A DNA stretch of 64,000 nucleotides, taken from assembly GCA_964603295.1 (NCBI GenBank), contig CAZRUG010000001.1, positions 53,210-117,209 of the forward strand, given 5' to 3'. This DNA comes from Candidatus Woesearchaeota archaeon. Lineage in GTDB: Archaea; Nanobdellota; Nanobdellia; Pacearchaeales; GW2011-AR1. This document shows positions 37,611 through 46,456 of this stretch, in pieces (positions within the stretch are counted from its first letter, which is position 1; each line of letters opens with the position of its first letter). Below the pieces are notes generated by a model. It saw only the letters and a program-made list of their open reading frames with translations. It ran no database searches and was not told the origin of the DNA. The translations under genes were made by a program, and so were the position numbers.

Positions 37611-37792
37611 CGCCCCGACCGAGATTCGAACTCGGGTCACCGCCTAACTCCAAAGTGGGTTGCATTGAGATGCATAGACTTTCCCTCTCACCGAGGTTCC
37701 ATCACCCCTCTTTTCCTCCTTCAGGCATAAGAATATGATATTCCCTTAGGATTTTGAGAGGGCGGCATTCTTGGCCTCTGAACTATCGGGGC
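37611..37792 (-). tRNA. tRNA-Glu(CTC) with a 109-nt intron at 37/38 (37646-37754)
   Basis: GCCCCGA/TCGGGGC acceptor stem, CCGCC-CTCTCA|A-GGCGG anticodon arm, T-arm CCGAG-TTCGAAT-CTCGG; BHB-compatible pairing at the junction. Confidence 0.9.
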
Positions 37793-38107
37793 TGTTTGTT
37801 GTGTGAAGAGGTATTGACCTCTCGTCTGTATTCCTCGAAGACAGGCGAGGTAGAACTTTTAGTTCTGCCTGAACTATCGGGGCTGTTTGTTGTGTGAAGA
37901 GGTATTGACCTCTCGTCTGTATTCCTCGAAGACAGGCGAGGTAGAACTTTTAGTTCTGCCTGAACTATCGGGGCTGTTTGTTGTGTGAAGAGGTATTGAC
38001 CTCTTGCACTTAATTTTGAGTGCAAGGTAAATGTTTACTTTTGCCTTGTTTGGATTCCCTGAAGACGAACAAGCTAAAATCTTTTGATTTTTGCTGAACT
38101 ATCGGGC
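37778..38107. repeat. 91-bp tandem repeat (about 2.5 copies) plus a diverged unit; each begins with the tRNA-Glu 5' 15-mer
   Basis: ctgaactatcggggc at 37778, 37869 and 37960; near-copy at 38094. Confidence 0.93.
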
Positions 38108-38191
38108 TCACTCGTTTCAATAAGGATTCTTTCTTTATTTTTAAATTTATAGATTCAAAAGACTTAAAAGGCAATATAAGGATTTGTTTAT

Positions 38192-38575
38192 ATGATAGAT
38201 AATTATGTTTTAGGAAAAACAATTGTAAGAACAGATGAGCAGACCAGATTTCCTCTTCCAGCAGAAGCAAGAAACAAATTAGAAATCTCTGAAAAAGTAG
38301 GGGTTTTTTATATAGAACAAGGATTGGGTTTTGCACACATTCTACCCTATGAGAATTTTAAAAAAGAAATTCAAAAAGCTTCTACACTTCCAAGAGAAGA
38401 TCCAACAAGATTGGCTATTGCAGGCAACTCTTATGAATTTGAATTAGATAAACAAAGCAGATTATTCTTACCAACTTATTTAAGAAATAAATTAAATATT
38501 GAACCAAAGTCAGATTTATTATTAATTTCTAATCTAGATTGCATTACAATTCCAAATCAGTTAAAATTTAAATAG
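38192..38575 (+). CDS. MraZ-like / double AbrB-fold DNA-binding protein
   Basis: Two repeats, DEQTRFPLPAEAR and DKQSRLFLPTYLR, resembling the MraZ DxKGR.xLP repeat. Confidence 0.7.
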   Translation: MIDNYVLGKTIVRTDEQTRFPLPAEARNKLEISEKVGVFYIEQGLGFAHILPYENFKKEIQKASTLPREDPTRLAIAGNSYEFELDKQSRLFLPTYLRNKLNIEPKSDLLLISNLDCITIPNQLKFK

Positions 38576-38678
38576 CCCCCCAGTGCTCGCAAGCCCACTC
38601 AGATTTTTTAAAATTACTTTAAGAATAAAATTTCGTGAACTTACTCATCGAACCTTTAGGTTCTCATCCAGAACTCAA

Positions 38679-38751
38679 TAGCTCCACCAGGATTCGAACC
38701 TGGGTCACTTGGCCCAGAACCAAGCATACTTGACCACTGTACTATGGAGCT
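38679..38751 (-). tRNA. tRNA-Gln(CTG)
   Basis: AGCTCCA/TGGAGCT acceptor stem (A1-U72), CTTGG-TTCTGGG-CCAAG anticodon arm. Confidence 0.95.
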
Positions 38752-38802
38752 TTATTTTAGTTATTAAGAAACATTTTTATACTTTTCTTCTTTTATTAAA
38801 TC

Positions 38803-39123
38803 ATGGAAATCGGAGTGACACTCTTTATTGTTGGAATCCTTGTAGCAGCAATTTGGCTTATTATTGAATTAAAAAGATTAAAGCACAAGGTCTTTGCATT
38901 ATTATTAATAGGATTAATTTTATTCTCTTATATAAGTGCTTCAGTTGTTTTTGCAGAAAAAAACATTGATTACACAAGTATAGGAGGATTATCAAAAGCA
39001 GCAGGTATTTATTTCAATTGGCTTGGTTCTGTTTTTTTGAATATAAAAACAATAACTGCAAATGCTATAAAAATGGATTGGACTGGAGATGAAGAAAATT
39101 TTCCTCAAGAACAAGAAGAGTAA
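38803..39123 (+). CDS. Hypothetical membrane protein
   Basis: Two TM segments. Confidence 0.75.
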   Translation: MEIGVTLFIVGILVAAIWLIIELKRLKHKVFALLLIGLILFSYISASVVFAEKNIDYTSIGGLSKAAGIYFNWLGSVFLNIKTITANAIKMDWTGDEENFPQEQEE

Positions 39124-39154
39124 TATTTAAAAACTAAAATAACTTTAATATAAC

Positions 39155-39541
39155 ATGGCTACAAAAAAGAAGGTGGGTAAAAAAACTACAAAAAAGACTT
39201 CTAAAAAAACTACAAAGAAAACAATAAAAAAGAAACCAGTTAAGAAAAAAGTTTCTAAAAAAACAACAAAAAAATCACCTGTAAAATCTTCTAAAAAAAA
39301 TTCTCAGAGATTAGTTCAAACGAGAAGAATTAGGGCGACAAAAAGAAAAATTCATGTAACCTCTGGAAACCTTATTTTCTTTTTTATGCTTTTTATTGCA
39401 TCATTCTTATTATATACAGTTTCAACAAAAGAAATTTATGTGAATCTTTTTCAAGTTCTTTCAATGATTCTTGGAGCTATTTCATTAGCTTTATTAATTG
39501 TTTTAGTAACCTTAATGTTTATGCGATATTTTAGAAAATAA
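39155..39541 (+). CDS. Membrane protein with a Lys-rich low-complexity N-terminus
   Basis: KKTT/KKVS repeats followed by two TMs. Confidence 0.75.
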   Translation: MATKKKVGKKTTKKTSKKTTKKTIKKKPVKKKVSKKTTKKSPVKSSKKNSQRLVQTRRIRATKRKIHVTSGNLIFFFMLFIASFLLYTVSTKEIYVNLFQVLSMILGAISLALLIVLVTLMFMRYFRK

Positions 39542-39546
39542 TTCTA

Positions 39547-39620
39547 AGCCTGTTCTGAGATTTGAACTCAGGACCTCCACATTACCAATGTGACGCTCTA
39601 ACCAACTGAGCTAAACAGGC
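39547..39620 (-). tRNA. tRNA-Thr(GGT)
   Basis: GCCTGTT/AACAGGC acceptor stem, TCACA-TTGGTAA-TGTGG anticodon arm. Confidence 0.95.
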
Positions 39621-39672
39621 TTATTTATTCTTAATTAAAAATGTTTATAAAATCTATGTTACAACAATTCTT

Positions 39673-40158
39673 ATGGAAAAAACAAAATTAGAATTAACAA
39701 AAGAGAATTACAAGAAAATTCAAAAAGAATTTAATCTTCCAGATTTCAAAGAACTTAATGAAGATTTTCAAATTGAAAAAATAAAATTCCATAAAACAGA
39801 AAATCCTGTTAGAGAAATAAGAAAATTTTTAACTGAAAAAATGGGTAATTATATGAGATTAATTGAAGCACTAATAAATCCTTCGAGTTCTCCAATGTTC
39901 GTGTTTGCAATGACAAAAACTCTTAAACAAAAAGACAAACAAAAACTTGTAGAAATCTATAAAGAATTCTCAAAATTCCAATTAGACTTAATAAAAATTG
40001 ATTTAGATTTTAGTGAAAAAAACGAAGCAGAATTTGTAAATAAATATTTCAAAAAGTGGAAAGAAATCAAAAAAGACTTTATGTCTATTTTAGAAGTCAT
40101 TGAATCAAATTGGGATAATAAAGTTCCTGTAGATAATGGCAAAGATTATTTTGGATAA
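39673..40158 (+). CDS. Hypothetical protein
   Basis: 161-aa helical ORF (LPDFKELNEDFQIE...YFG). Confidence 0.75.
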   Translation: MEKTKLELTKENYKKIQKEFNLPDFKELNEDFQIEKIKFHKTENPVREIRKFLTEKMGNYMRLIEALINPSSSPMFVFAMTKTLKQKDKQKLVEIYKEFSKFQLDLIKIDLDFSEKNEAEFVNKYFKKWKEIKKDFMSILEVIESNWDNKVPVDNGKDYFG

Positions 40159-40159
40159 A

Positions 40160-40588
40160 ATGAAAAAATATAAATTAACAAAAGAGGATAAAGAACTTAT
40201 AGAGAAAGCAAAAGAAATAATTGTTAAATCTCGCCCAGTAAACCTAATTGATACCGGTGAGGTTGGTTGTGCACTAATTACTTCTAAAGGAAATCTTTTC
40301 AGAGGCGTTAGTATGGGTTTTTATTGTGGAATTGGTTCTTGTGGAGAATATCAAGCAATTGGAAATATGGTTTCAAATGGAGAAAAAGAAATCAAAACAA
40401 TAGTTGCTGTTTGGTATGATGAAAAAAATAAAAGATATTTTATAATTCCTCCTTGCGGCAAATGTAGAGAAATGATGAATCAAATTGGGAAAAAGAGTAA
40501 AGAGATTTTTGTAATTATTTCAAGAAAAGAAAAAGTTAAATTAAAAGATTTACTCCCCTTAGCATGGGAAGGAAGCATTGAAAAATGA
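40160..40588 (+). CDS. Cytidine deaminase family protein
   Basis: VGCAL, CGE and PCGKCRE zinc motifs. Confidence 0.85.
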   Translation: MKKYKLTKEDKELIEKAKEIIVKSRPVNLIDTGEVGCALITSKGNLFRGVSMGFYCGIGSCGEYQAIGNMVSNGEKEIKTIVAVWYDEKNKRYFIIPPCGKCREMMNQIGKKSKEIFVIISRKEKVKLKDLLPLAWEGSIEK

Positions 40589-41115
40589 CTTTAAAAATTC
40601 GCCCAATTCAAGAAAAAGATTATGAAAAAGTTCATGTTTTTCAAAGGACTTTTTTAGATGAAGATTCTTATGAAGATTTTGTCCAAAGAGTTGAATCAAA
40701 TCCAGATTTATACTTAGTTGCTTATCTACAAGAAGATTTGGCGGGAGTTGTTTATGGAAATCCTTCAAAGAATAAGCAAACTGTAATAAACCTTCAAGGA
40801 ATTGCAGTTGATTTAGATAAAAAGTTTGCAAGAAAAGGCATTGGAAGCAAATTAATGGAAGCTTTTGAAAAAGTTGTTAAAGAAAAAGGTTATCAGGTGA
40901 TTGGTGTTGGTTCTGCTGATGATTCAAAAATAGAATCATTTTATTTAAAAAATGGATTTAAACCAATTGAATTAGTTGCAAAAGATGAAGAATATAATGA
41001 GTTGGAAAGAATGGCTATGAATGATTACGAAGAAGGATTAAGTAAAAAAGAAGAATTAAGAGAAAAACATAATCCTCGAGAGGTAATATTTATTTTTGAA
41101 AAAGAGTTGAAATGA
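40585..41115 (+). CDS. GNAT acetyltransferase
   Basis: IAV....ARKGIGSKL; FYLKNGF. Confidence 0.85.
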   Translation: MTLKIRPIQEKDYEKVHVFQRTFLDEDSYEDFVQRVESNPDLYLVAYLQEDLAGVVYGNPSKNKQTVINLQGIAVDLDKKFARKGIGSKLMEAFEKVVKEKGYQVIGVGSADDSKIESFYLKNGFKPIELVAKDEEYNELERMAMNDYEEGLSKKEELREKHNPREVIFIFEKELK

Positions 41116-41391
41116 AAACTTTTTTATACTCTTATTCTTTTATAAAATTATGAAAACAACTAATGAAATGCAACTTAAAAAGAATGCAATTATTAGTTTA
41201 AACTCTATTCTTAATTTATTAAACTTAGCATAGATTCTCTTCTTTTGAAGGGACAACTATGTCATTTTTCTCACATCAATAAATATGGGGTAATTACATG
41301 ACTATCAAATACTTAATTAAATTAAATAATGCGCAGGAAACAGATATCAACTCGTAGAGTTGTAAATCGTCGAGGCGTATGACTAATCGCA

Positions 41392-42315
41392 ATGGCTATA
41401 CCACATCAAGTACAAAAACAACTTATTAAAAAAAGATTACAAGGCAAAGAAGGCAAAGCAAGAATCGAAGAGATAAAACAAATTGAAAGTGAACTTCCAG
41501 GTTACAACACAGGACCATACGGAGAATTAAAAAAATGGCTAAAGCAAGAATCAGCAAAAGTGGTTACAAAAACAGAGTCAAAACACAAAGAGTTTGTTGA
41601 CATTAAAAAACAAGGAGCAAGACAATTTGTTTTAGTTGGACTTCCAAGTGTAGGAAAAAGTTCTTTAATTAATGCACTTTCAGGATTACAAACAAAAATA
41701 GCTGCTTATGAATTTACAACCCTAAAAGCAATTCCAGCTACAATAAACATTAATGGTGCATACTTTCAAATAATTGATTTACCTGGTTTAATTGAGGGTG
41801 CTTCAGAGGATATTGGAGGAGGAAAAAGATTTATTGGAATGGCAAAAAATTCTGATGGAATATTATTAGTCCATGATTTATCAAAACCAGTAAAAGAAAT
41901 TGATAAGATAAATAATGAATTAAAAAAATCAAAGATAGAGAAACCAATAATTGTAATTGGAAATAAAATTGATCTTCCTCATGGAGAAAGAAGATTGAAA
42001 GAATTAGAAAAGAAATTTCCTAACAATAAAGTCATAGGAATCTCAACAACAAATAAAACTGGTTTGGAGGAATTAACTAAAGAAATGTGGAAAAATTCTG
42101 GTTTAATTAGGGTTTACCCCGAAGATAAATCTGAACCAATTATTTTAGATAAAGATAAGTCTGTAAAAAATCTTGTTCAAAAAATTCATAAGAATTTGTT
42201 AAAAGAATTTAAGTTTGCTTTAGTTACTGGAAAAAGTGCGAAATTTCCTAATCAAAGAGTTGGGTTAAAACATGAATTAGAAGATGAAGACAAAATAACA
42301 ATCAAAACTAACTAA
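41392..42315 (+). CDS. OBG/DRG-family GTPase with a TGS domain
   Basis: GLPSVGKS, YEFTT, DLPG, NKID, C-terminal GKSAKF..QRVG..H.L.D.D. Confidence 0.88.
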   Translation: MAIPHQVQKQLIKKRLQGKEGKARIEEIKQIESELPGYNTGPYGELKKWLKQESAKVVTKTESKHKEFVDIKKQGARQFVLVGLPSVGKSSLINALSGLQTKIAAYEFTTLKAIPATININGAYFQIIDLPGLIEGASEDIGGGKRFIGMAKNSDGILLVHDLSKPVKEIDKINNELKKSKIEKPIIVIGNKIDLPHGERRLKELEKKFPNNKVIGISTTNKTGLEELTKEMWKNSGLIRVYPEDKSEPIILDKDKSVKNLVQKIHKNLLKEFKFALVTGKSAKFPNQRVGLKHELEDEDKITIKTN

Positions 42316-43957
42316 TCTTTTCAAAAATTCCTTCTAAATTAATTTCTAAAAGTGCAACAGGCATTCTTGTTTTCCAATTCCGTAAAATCTTTGGATGAAT
42401 TTCTCCAAGATAACCAGCATCTTTGTCATTTACTTGAATTTTTGCAATCCTTCCATCAATAAAATAATCTGGACAATCATCTGTTTCAATAAACTTGATT
42501 TTAACATCAAGCATTCTTCCCAAATATTCAAGAATTTGTTTTAATTCAGTAAAATAACCTGGTGTCAATGCAATTGAAAGTCTTTCCTCTTCAATAATAT
42601 TTTCCATTGCATCTAAATTAAAAACTCTGCCTAACTCAAAAATCCTTTGAGGATATTCTGAATCAACATTTTCAGCAAAATTCTTTAACATATAATGAGC
42701 CAAATCCTTTCTCAAAATATTATATTCTGTTTTTGATTCTTCTAATTCAATACACTTTTCTTTTTTTGCCTCAAGCCCCATTTTTTCAAATTGATATTTT
42801 TTTGTAGTCAAATGATAATTGGAAACTTCTAACATATTAAGACCAATTAAAATCTCTGCAATCTTTCTTTTTATAATTTCTCGAGGGTTTTCTTGAGCAA
42901 TTGTTGCAATCTCAGGTAATTCAGGAACAAAATTATCATAACCATATGCAATTGCAATATCTTCAATTAAATCAACTTCATGCAAGAAATCTATTCTCCA
43001 CGAAGCAACTTCAACCTCGCCCTTTGAATAATTATGCCCCATTCTTTCTAAAAATTCTTTAATTTGCTTTTCATTTAAATCCAAACCAAGCAACTTATTT
43101 ATATTCTCTATAGAAATTTTTGTTTTTTCTGGAGTAAAATCAGGAGTAATTTCTTTTTTCTTTTTAAACACAAGCTTCATTTGATAAGCCTTTGCTCCCA
43201 TTTCAACTAAACTACTAACTAAAATATTCAGGCTCTTTTTCAATAAACCAAAATCTGAACCAGAACATTCAATAAAAACTTCTTTTGTTTTTTCATTAAT
43301 CTTTCCTGTTTCATGAGAATTAATAATTGGAGGCATACTTAAAACCTTTTCATCAGCGTCGACAAAGACAGGAAACTTTGATTTTCCTTCTAATAAATGG
43401 GCATAATCTCTTCCAGTAGGATGTCTTTGCAAAATATCAAAACCATTCATTTCTCTTTCAGATTCAAGGGGAATAAACTTAATTTTTTCTGGCTCCAAGG
43501 CCTTAAATGTAATTGGTAATTTAATCTTTTCAAGAGGATAAATTCCTATTGCAACTTTTTTTCTTTTTCTTCCCAATGTAAAATGCAATTTCTCTTGAAT
43601 ATCAATTAACTCTTTAATCTTATCTCCATCTAATTTTAATCCTTTAACAATTGCACAAGCAGTATAAGGCCTAACACCCTCGACAGAAGAATCAATTTTA
43701 ACTTCATAATTTTTCTCTGGCTTATTTATCTTATAATCTTTCAAACCTTTTTTCTTTCCTAAAAACGCAAGAAAACCTCTCTTAAATCCATGATAAGACA
43801 ACAAGTCAGGACGATTTGGAAAAACCTCAATCTCAACTTCTGCATCAGTAACTTCTTCAACTGGCGTCCCAAACATTGCAATCTTATGCTGCATTTCATC
43901 TGTAAGTTTTCCAATTTCTTTTTCAAAAAGTTTTTTATTAAATTTTATATTCGCCAT
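42308..43957 (-). CDS. pheT: Phenylalanyl-tRNA synthetase beta subunit
   Basis: PNRPDLLS, QEKLH..LGRKR, SMPPIINS, R.D.LH..D..ED.AI.YG, GEIHP. Confidence 0.95.
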   Translation of the reverse strand: MANIKFNKKLFEKEIGKLTDEMQHKIAMFGTPVEEVTDAEVEIEVFPNRPDLLSYHGFKRGFLAFLGKKKGLKDYKINKPEKNYEVKIDSSVEGVRPYTACAIVKGLKLDGDKIKELIDIQEKLHFTLGRKRKKVAIGIYPLEKIKLPITFKALEPEKIKFIPLESEREMNGFDILQRHPTGRDYAHLLEGKSKFPVFVDADEKVLSMPPIINSHETGKINEKTKEVFIECSGSDFGLLKKSLNILVSSLVEMGAKAYQMKLVFKKKKEITPDFTPEKTKISIENINKLLGLDLNEKQIKEFLERMGHNYSKGEVEVASWRIDFLHEVDLIEDIAIAYGYDNFVPELPEIATIAQENPREIIKRKIAEILIGLNMLEVSNYHLTTKKYQFEKMGLEAKKEKCIELEESKTEYNILRKDLAHYMLKNFAENVDSEYPQRIFELGRVFNLDAMENIIEEERLSIALTPGYFTELKQILEYLGRMLDVKIKFIETDDCPDYFIDGRIAKIQVNDKDAGYLGEIHPKILRNWKTRMPVALLEINLEGIFEKIS

Positions 43958-44261
43958 TTTTGTGTCGCTCTTCAATAATTTTAATTTTCTTTTCAATTGC
44001 TTCGTTTAAATCCAAACTCATAGATCCTGCAAGTACAGCACAGACAACCATAACATCAGCAATTTCATTTGATAATTCATTCTTTTCTTCTAGTTTGTTA
44101 TTTCTTCCACATTTAAAGTATTTCAAAACTTCATTATTAACCTCACCAACTTCCTCTCCAAGTTTAATTGTGTTTAACAAAGCAAATTCTTTATCACTCC
44201 AATCAAATCTACTCCTTAATCTTTCTGATTCCAATTTAGCAAATTCTATCAACTTTTCCAT
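43938..44261 (-). CDS. MazG-like NTP pyrophosphohydrolase
   Basis: KLGEEVGEV...EIADV. Confidence 0.85.
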   Translation of the reverse strand: MEKLIEFAKLESERLRSRFDWSDKEFALLNTIKLGEEVGEVNNEVLKYFKCGRNNKLEEKNELSNEIADVMVVCAVLAGSMSLDLNEAIEKKIKIIEERHKNGEYKI

Positions 44262-44262
44262 T

Positions 44263-44433
44263 TTATTTTATTGAGATTGTAAGTCCAAGGTCTTCTTCTA
44301 AACGCATATGAAAATGATCATCTATTTGTTCATCCGAATCACCATATTTAATTCCTTCCAAATTTTTTATTAATTCTTCTATCTGTTTTTTTGTTAATTC
44401 CAAACATACTTCTTGATAATTTTCTCCTTCCAT
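44263..44433 (-). CDS. Small acidic protein (56 aa)
   Basis: MEGENYQEVCLELTKKQIEELIKNL...DHFHMR; fills the gap between pheS and the MazG gene with 1-nt spacers. Confidence 0.6.
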   Translation of the reverse strand: MEGENYQEVCLELTKKQIEELIKNLEGIKYGDSDEQIDDHFHMRLEEDLGLTISIK

Positions 44434-44434
44434 C

Positions 44435-45949
44435 TTACTCCTTCACCCAAAATTTCATTTTTCTTAATTTAGTTATGTCGTTTTTATACAACTCTCGAAG
44501 ATCTTTAATTTCATAGTAATCCATTAACAACCTATCAAAACCAGGCCCCCAAGCCATCACAGGAATATGTTTTCCTAAAAGAGGAATTGTCATTTCTGGC
44601 CTAAACATTCCAGCACCACCAATTTCTAACCAAACTTTTCTTTCAGGATGCCAAACATGAATTTCAACTGACGGCTCTGTATAAGGAAAATAAGCAGGAT
44701 TAAATCTAACTTTTGGAAAACCCATTTTATTAAAGAACTGTTGCAAATAACCTAACAAACTTCTAAAGTTTCCTTTTGGATCAATTACAATTCCATCTGT
44801 TTGATTAAACTCAAAACCATGACTCCAGTCAATTGTTTCATTTCTAAAATTCTTTCCAATAATAAAAAACTTTGCAGGCAAATCTTTTTCATCAAGTTCA
44901 GCCATTGTTTTTGCAGAAACACCTGTTGTATGTGTTCTAAGCACAAGTCTCTTTGCTTCAGCCTCACTCCATTTATACTCCCAACCTTTGCTACCATCAA
45001 CACCTTTTTCATGTGATTGTTTCACAGCTTCGACAATTTTTGCATCTGGCAAATCTCCAATTTTATTTATAAAAAATGTATCTTGCATTTCCCGAGCAGG
45101 ATGATCTTGTGGCTGGAACAATGCATCAAAATTCCAAAAACTTTTTTGAACAAAATCTCCAGTCATTTCTTTAAAACCCATATCAGTCCAAACTTTTCGA
45201 GCATAATCAATTGCCTGATTTACAAAATGCCTCTTACCACCATAAATCTGTGGAACAGGCGAAGTCACATCATATCTTCTAAATCTCTTGCCTTTCCAAT
45301 TTTTTTCAGACTTTAATAAATCAGGTGTAACTTGTTCAATCAAGTCTTTAGTTCTAAGTTTTTTTGAAGCCAACTTTTTCCCCAATGCAGTTGGTTTAAC
45401 CTTAACATTAGTTTTATCTTCAATTTCAATAATTTTCTTTCTACTTTGCAAACTCTTTAATGCAAACTCTTGCTCAGGCAACAAAGCCTCGTACTCAATT
45501 GGCAATGAATCAATAAAAATTTCCTCAATTGTCTTTTTTGAAATCTCTTCTTTTGAATTAAGAAAAATCTTTCCAGACTTAATTTCAATAATTGCTTTCT
45601 TTTTCAAAGCTCCAAGAGAAATTTTAAATTCCTCATCTGAAAGTTTACTCTCTTTTTGCGCATCTTTTAAAGAAATAATATGATTTTGAGAAAGCAAATT
45701 CAACAAACGTCTTTCAGGTAAACCTTTTTTCTTATATAAAATTCCATTAACTCCTAAATCAATAGTCTTCTTTTTTTCAGATTCAATTTTAACAATATCT
45801 TTATTCTGCAAATATTCCAGAGAACGCATTACAGCAGCCTTATCAAGATTTGACTTTTTACAAATTTCAATTAAATTCCTTTCTTCTATAAATGGCAAAA
45901 CCTTTCTTTCATTTGGACTCAAAGACTCAAGAATTTTATTTTCATCCAT
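44435..45949 (-). CDS. pheS: Phenylalanyl-tRNA synthetase alpha subunit
   Basis: WNFDALFQPQDHPAR, LRTHTT, FRNE, FPYTEPS, GAGMFRPE. Confidence 0.96.
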   Translation of the reverse strand: MDENKILESLSPNERKVLPFIEERNLIEICKKSNLDKAAVMRSLEYLQNKDIVKIESEKKKTIDLGVNGILYKKKGLPERRLLNLLSQNHIISLKDAQKESKLSDEEFKISLGALKKKAIIEIKSGKIFLNSKEEISKKTIEEIFIDSLPIEYEALLPEQEFALKSLQSRKKIIEIEDKTNVKVKPTALGKKLASKKLRTKDLIEQVTPDLLKSEKNWKGKRFRRYDVTSPVPQIYGGKRHFVNQAIDYARKVWTDMGFKEMTGDFVQKSFWNFDALFQPQDHPAREMQDTFFINKIGDLPDAKIVEAVKQSHEKGVDGSKGWEYKWSEAEAKRLVLRTHTTGVSAKTMAELDEKDLPAKFFIIGKNFRNETIDWSHGFEFNQTDGIVIDPKGNFRSLLGYLQQFFNKMGFPKVRFNPAYFPYTEPSVEIHVWHPERKVWLEIGGAGMFRPEMTIPLLGKHIPVMAWGPGFDRLLMDYYEIKDLRELYKNDITKLRKMKFWVKE

Positions 45950-45971
45950 TTTAAACTAAGATATATGAGAT

Positions 45972-46406
45972 TTATAAGAGTTTTGTCATCCAAGTTGGCA
46001 TTCCTAAAACCAATCCAAGTGACTTTAAATCATAAACATCTCTTTTGTATTTTTCTGAAAAAAACTTCATTTTAATTTTATACTTATTACACAAATCAAT
46101 ATTCTGAATAATCCTTGCTAAAACTTCTGCCTTTTCCTTGCCTTTAGAATCAATAATCTCATCAAGATAAATTCCAATCACAACATTATTTTTCTTAGCA
46201 ATCTTTGCCATGACTTGGTTAAACCCAGAATTTCTCTGTTTCATAAAATCTTTTCTATTTTTCAAAGGAATAATTAACATATCAATTTTTAATTTTTCCA
46301 AAACTTTTCTATTTAAATCATCATTTTCACTAAATAAAATATCCTTCTCATTACTGCCTTTAATCTGATTTCTTATTTTTTCAAATGAATTTTCCTTAAT
46401 TATCAT
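45972..46406 (-). CDS. RNase P protein Rpp30-like (short)
   Basis: LNRKVLE, QRNSGFNQV.AK.AKKNNV, R..YDL.SL...LGM. Confidence 0.75.
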   Translation of the reverse strand: MIIKENSFEKIRNQIKGSNEKDILFSENDDLNRKVLEKLKIDMLIIPLKNRKDFMKQRNSGFNQVMAKIAKKNNVVIGIYLDEIIDSKGKEKAEVLARIIQNIDLCNKYKIKMKFFSEKYKRDVYDLKSLGLVLGMPTWMTKLL

Positions 46407-46456
46407 TAAAATATTAAGATAATAATATTTATAAATGTTCAAGCTTTCCAAAATAC

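Larger units (their letters stand above)
26738..37631. mobile_element. Putative integrase-less genomic island at tRNA-Glu carrying histidine-related genes
   Basis: Bounded by the tRNA 3'-end direct repeat; accessory gene content; no integrase seen. Confidence 0.6.

Noticed and set aside
26738..37631. Autonomous provirus or integrative element
   Set aside because: No integrase, replication, conjugation or capsid gene is recognisable.
37778..38107. CRISPR array
   Set aside because: The repeated unit is the tRNA 5' end, the first spacers are identical and hairpin-rich, and there are no cas genes in the window.
37783..38336. ORFs 37783-38025 and 38010-38336 as proteins
   Set aside because: They run through the repeat array or lie antisense to the MraZ-like gene; likely spurious.
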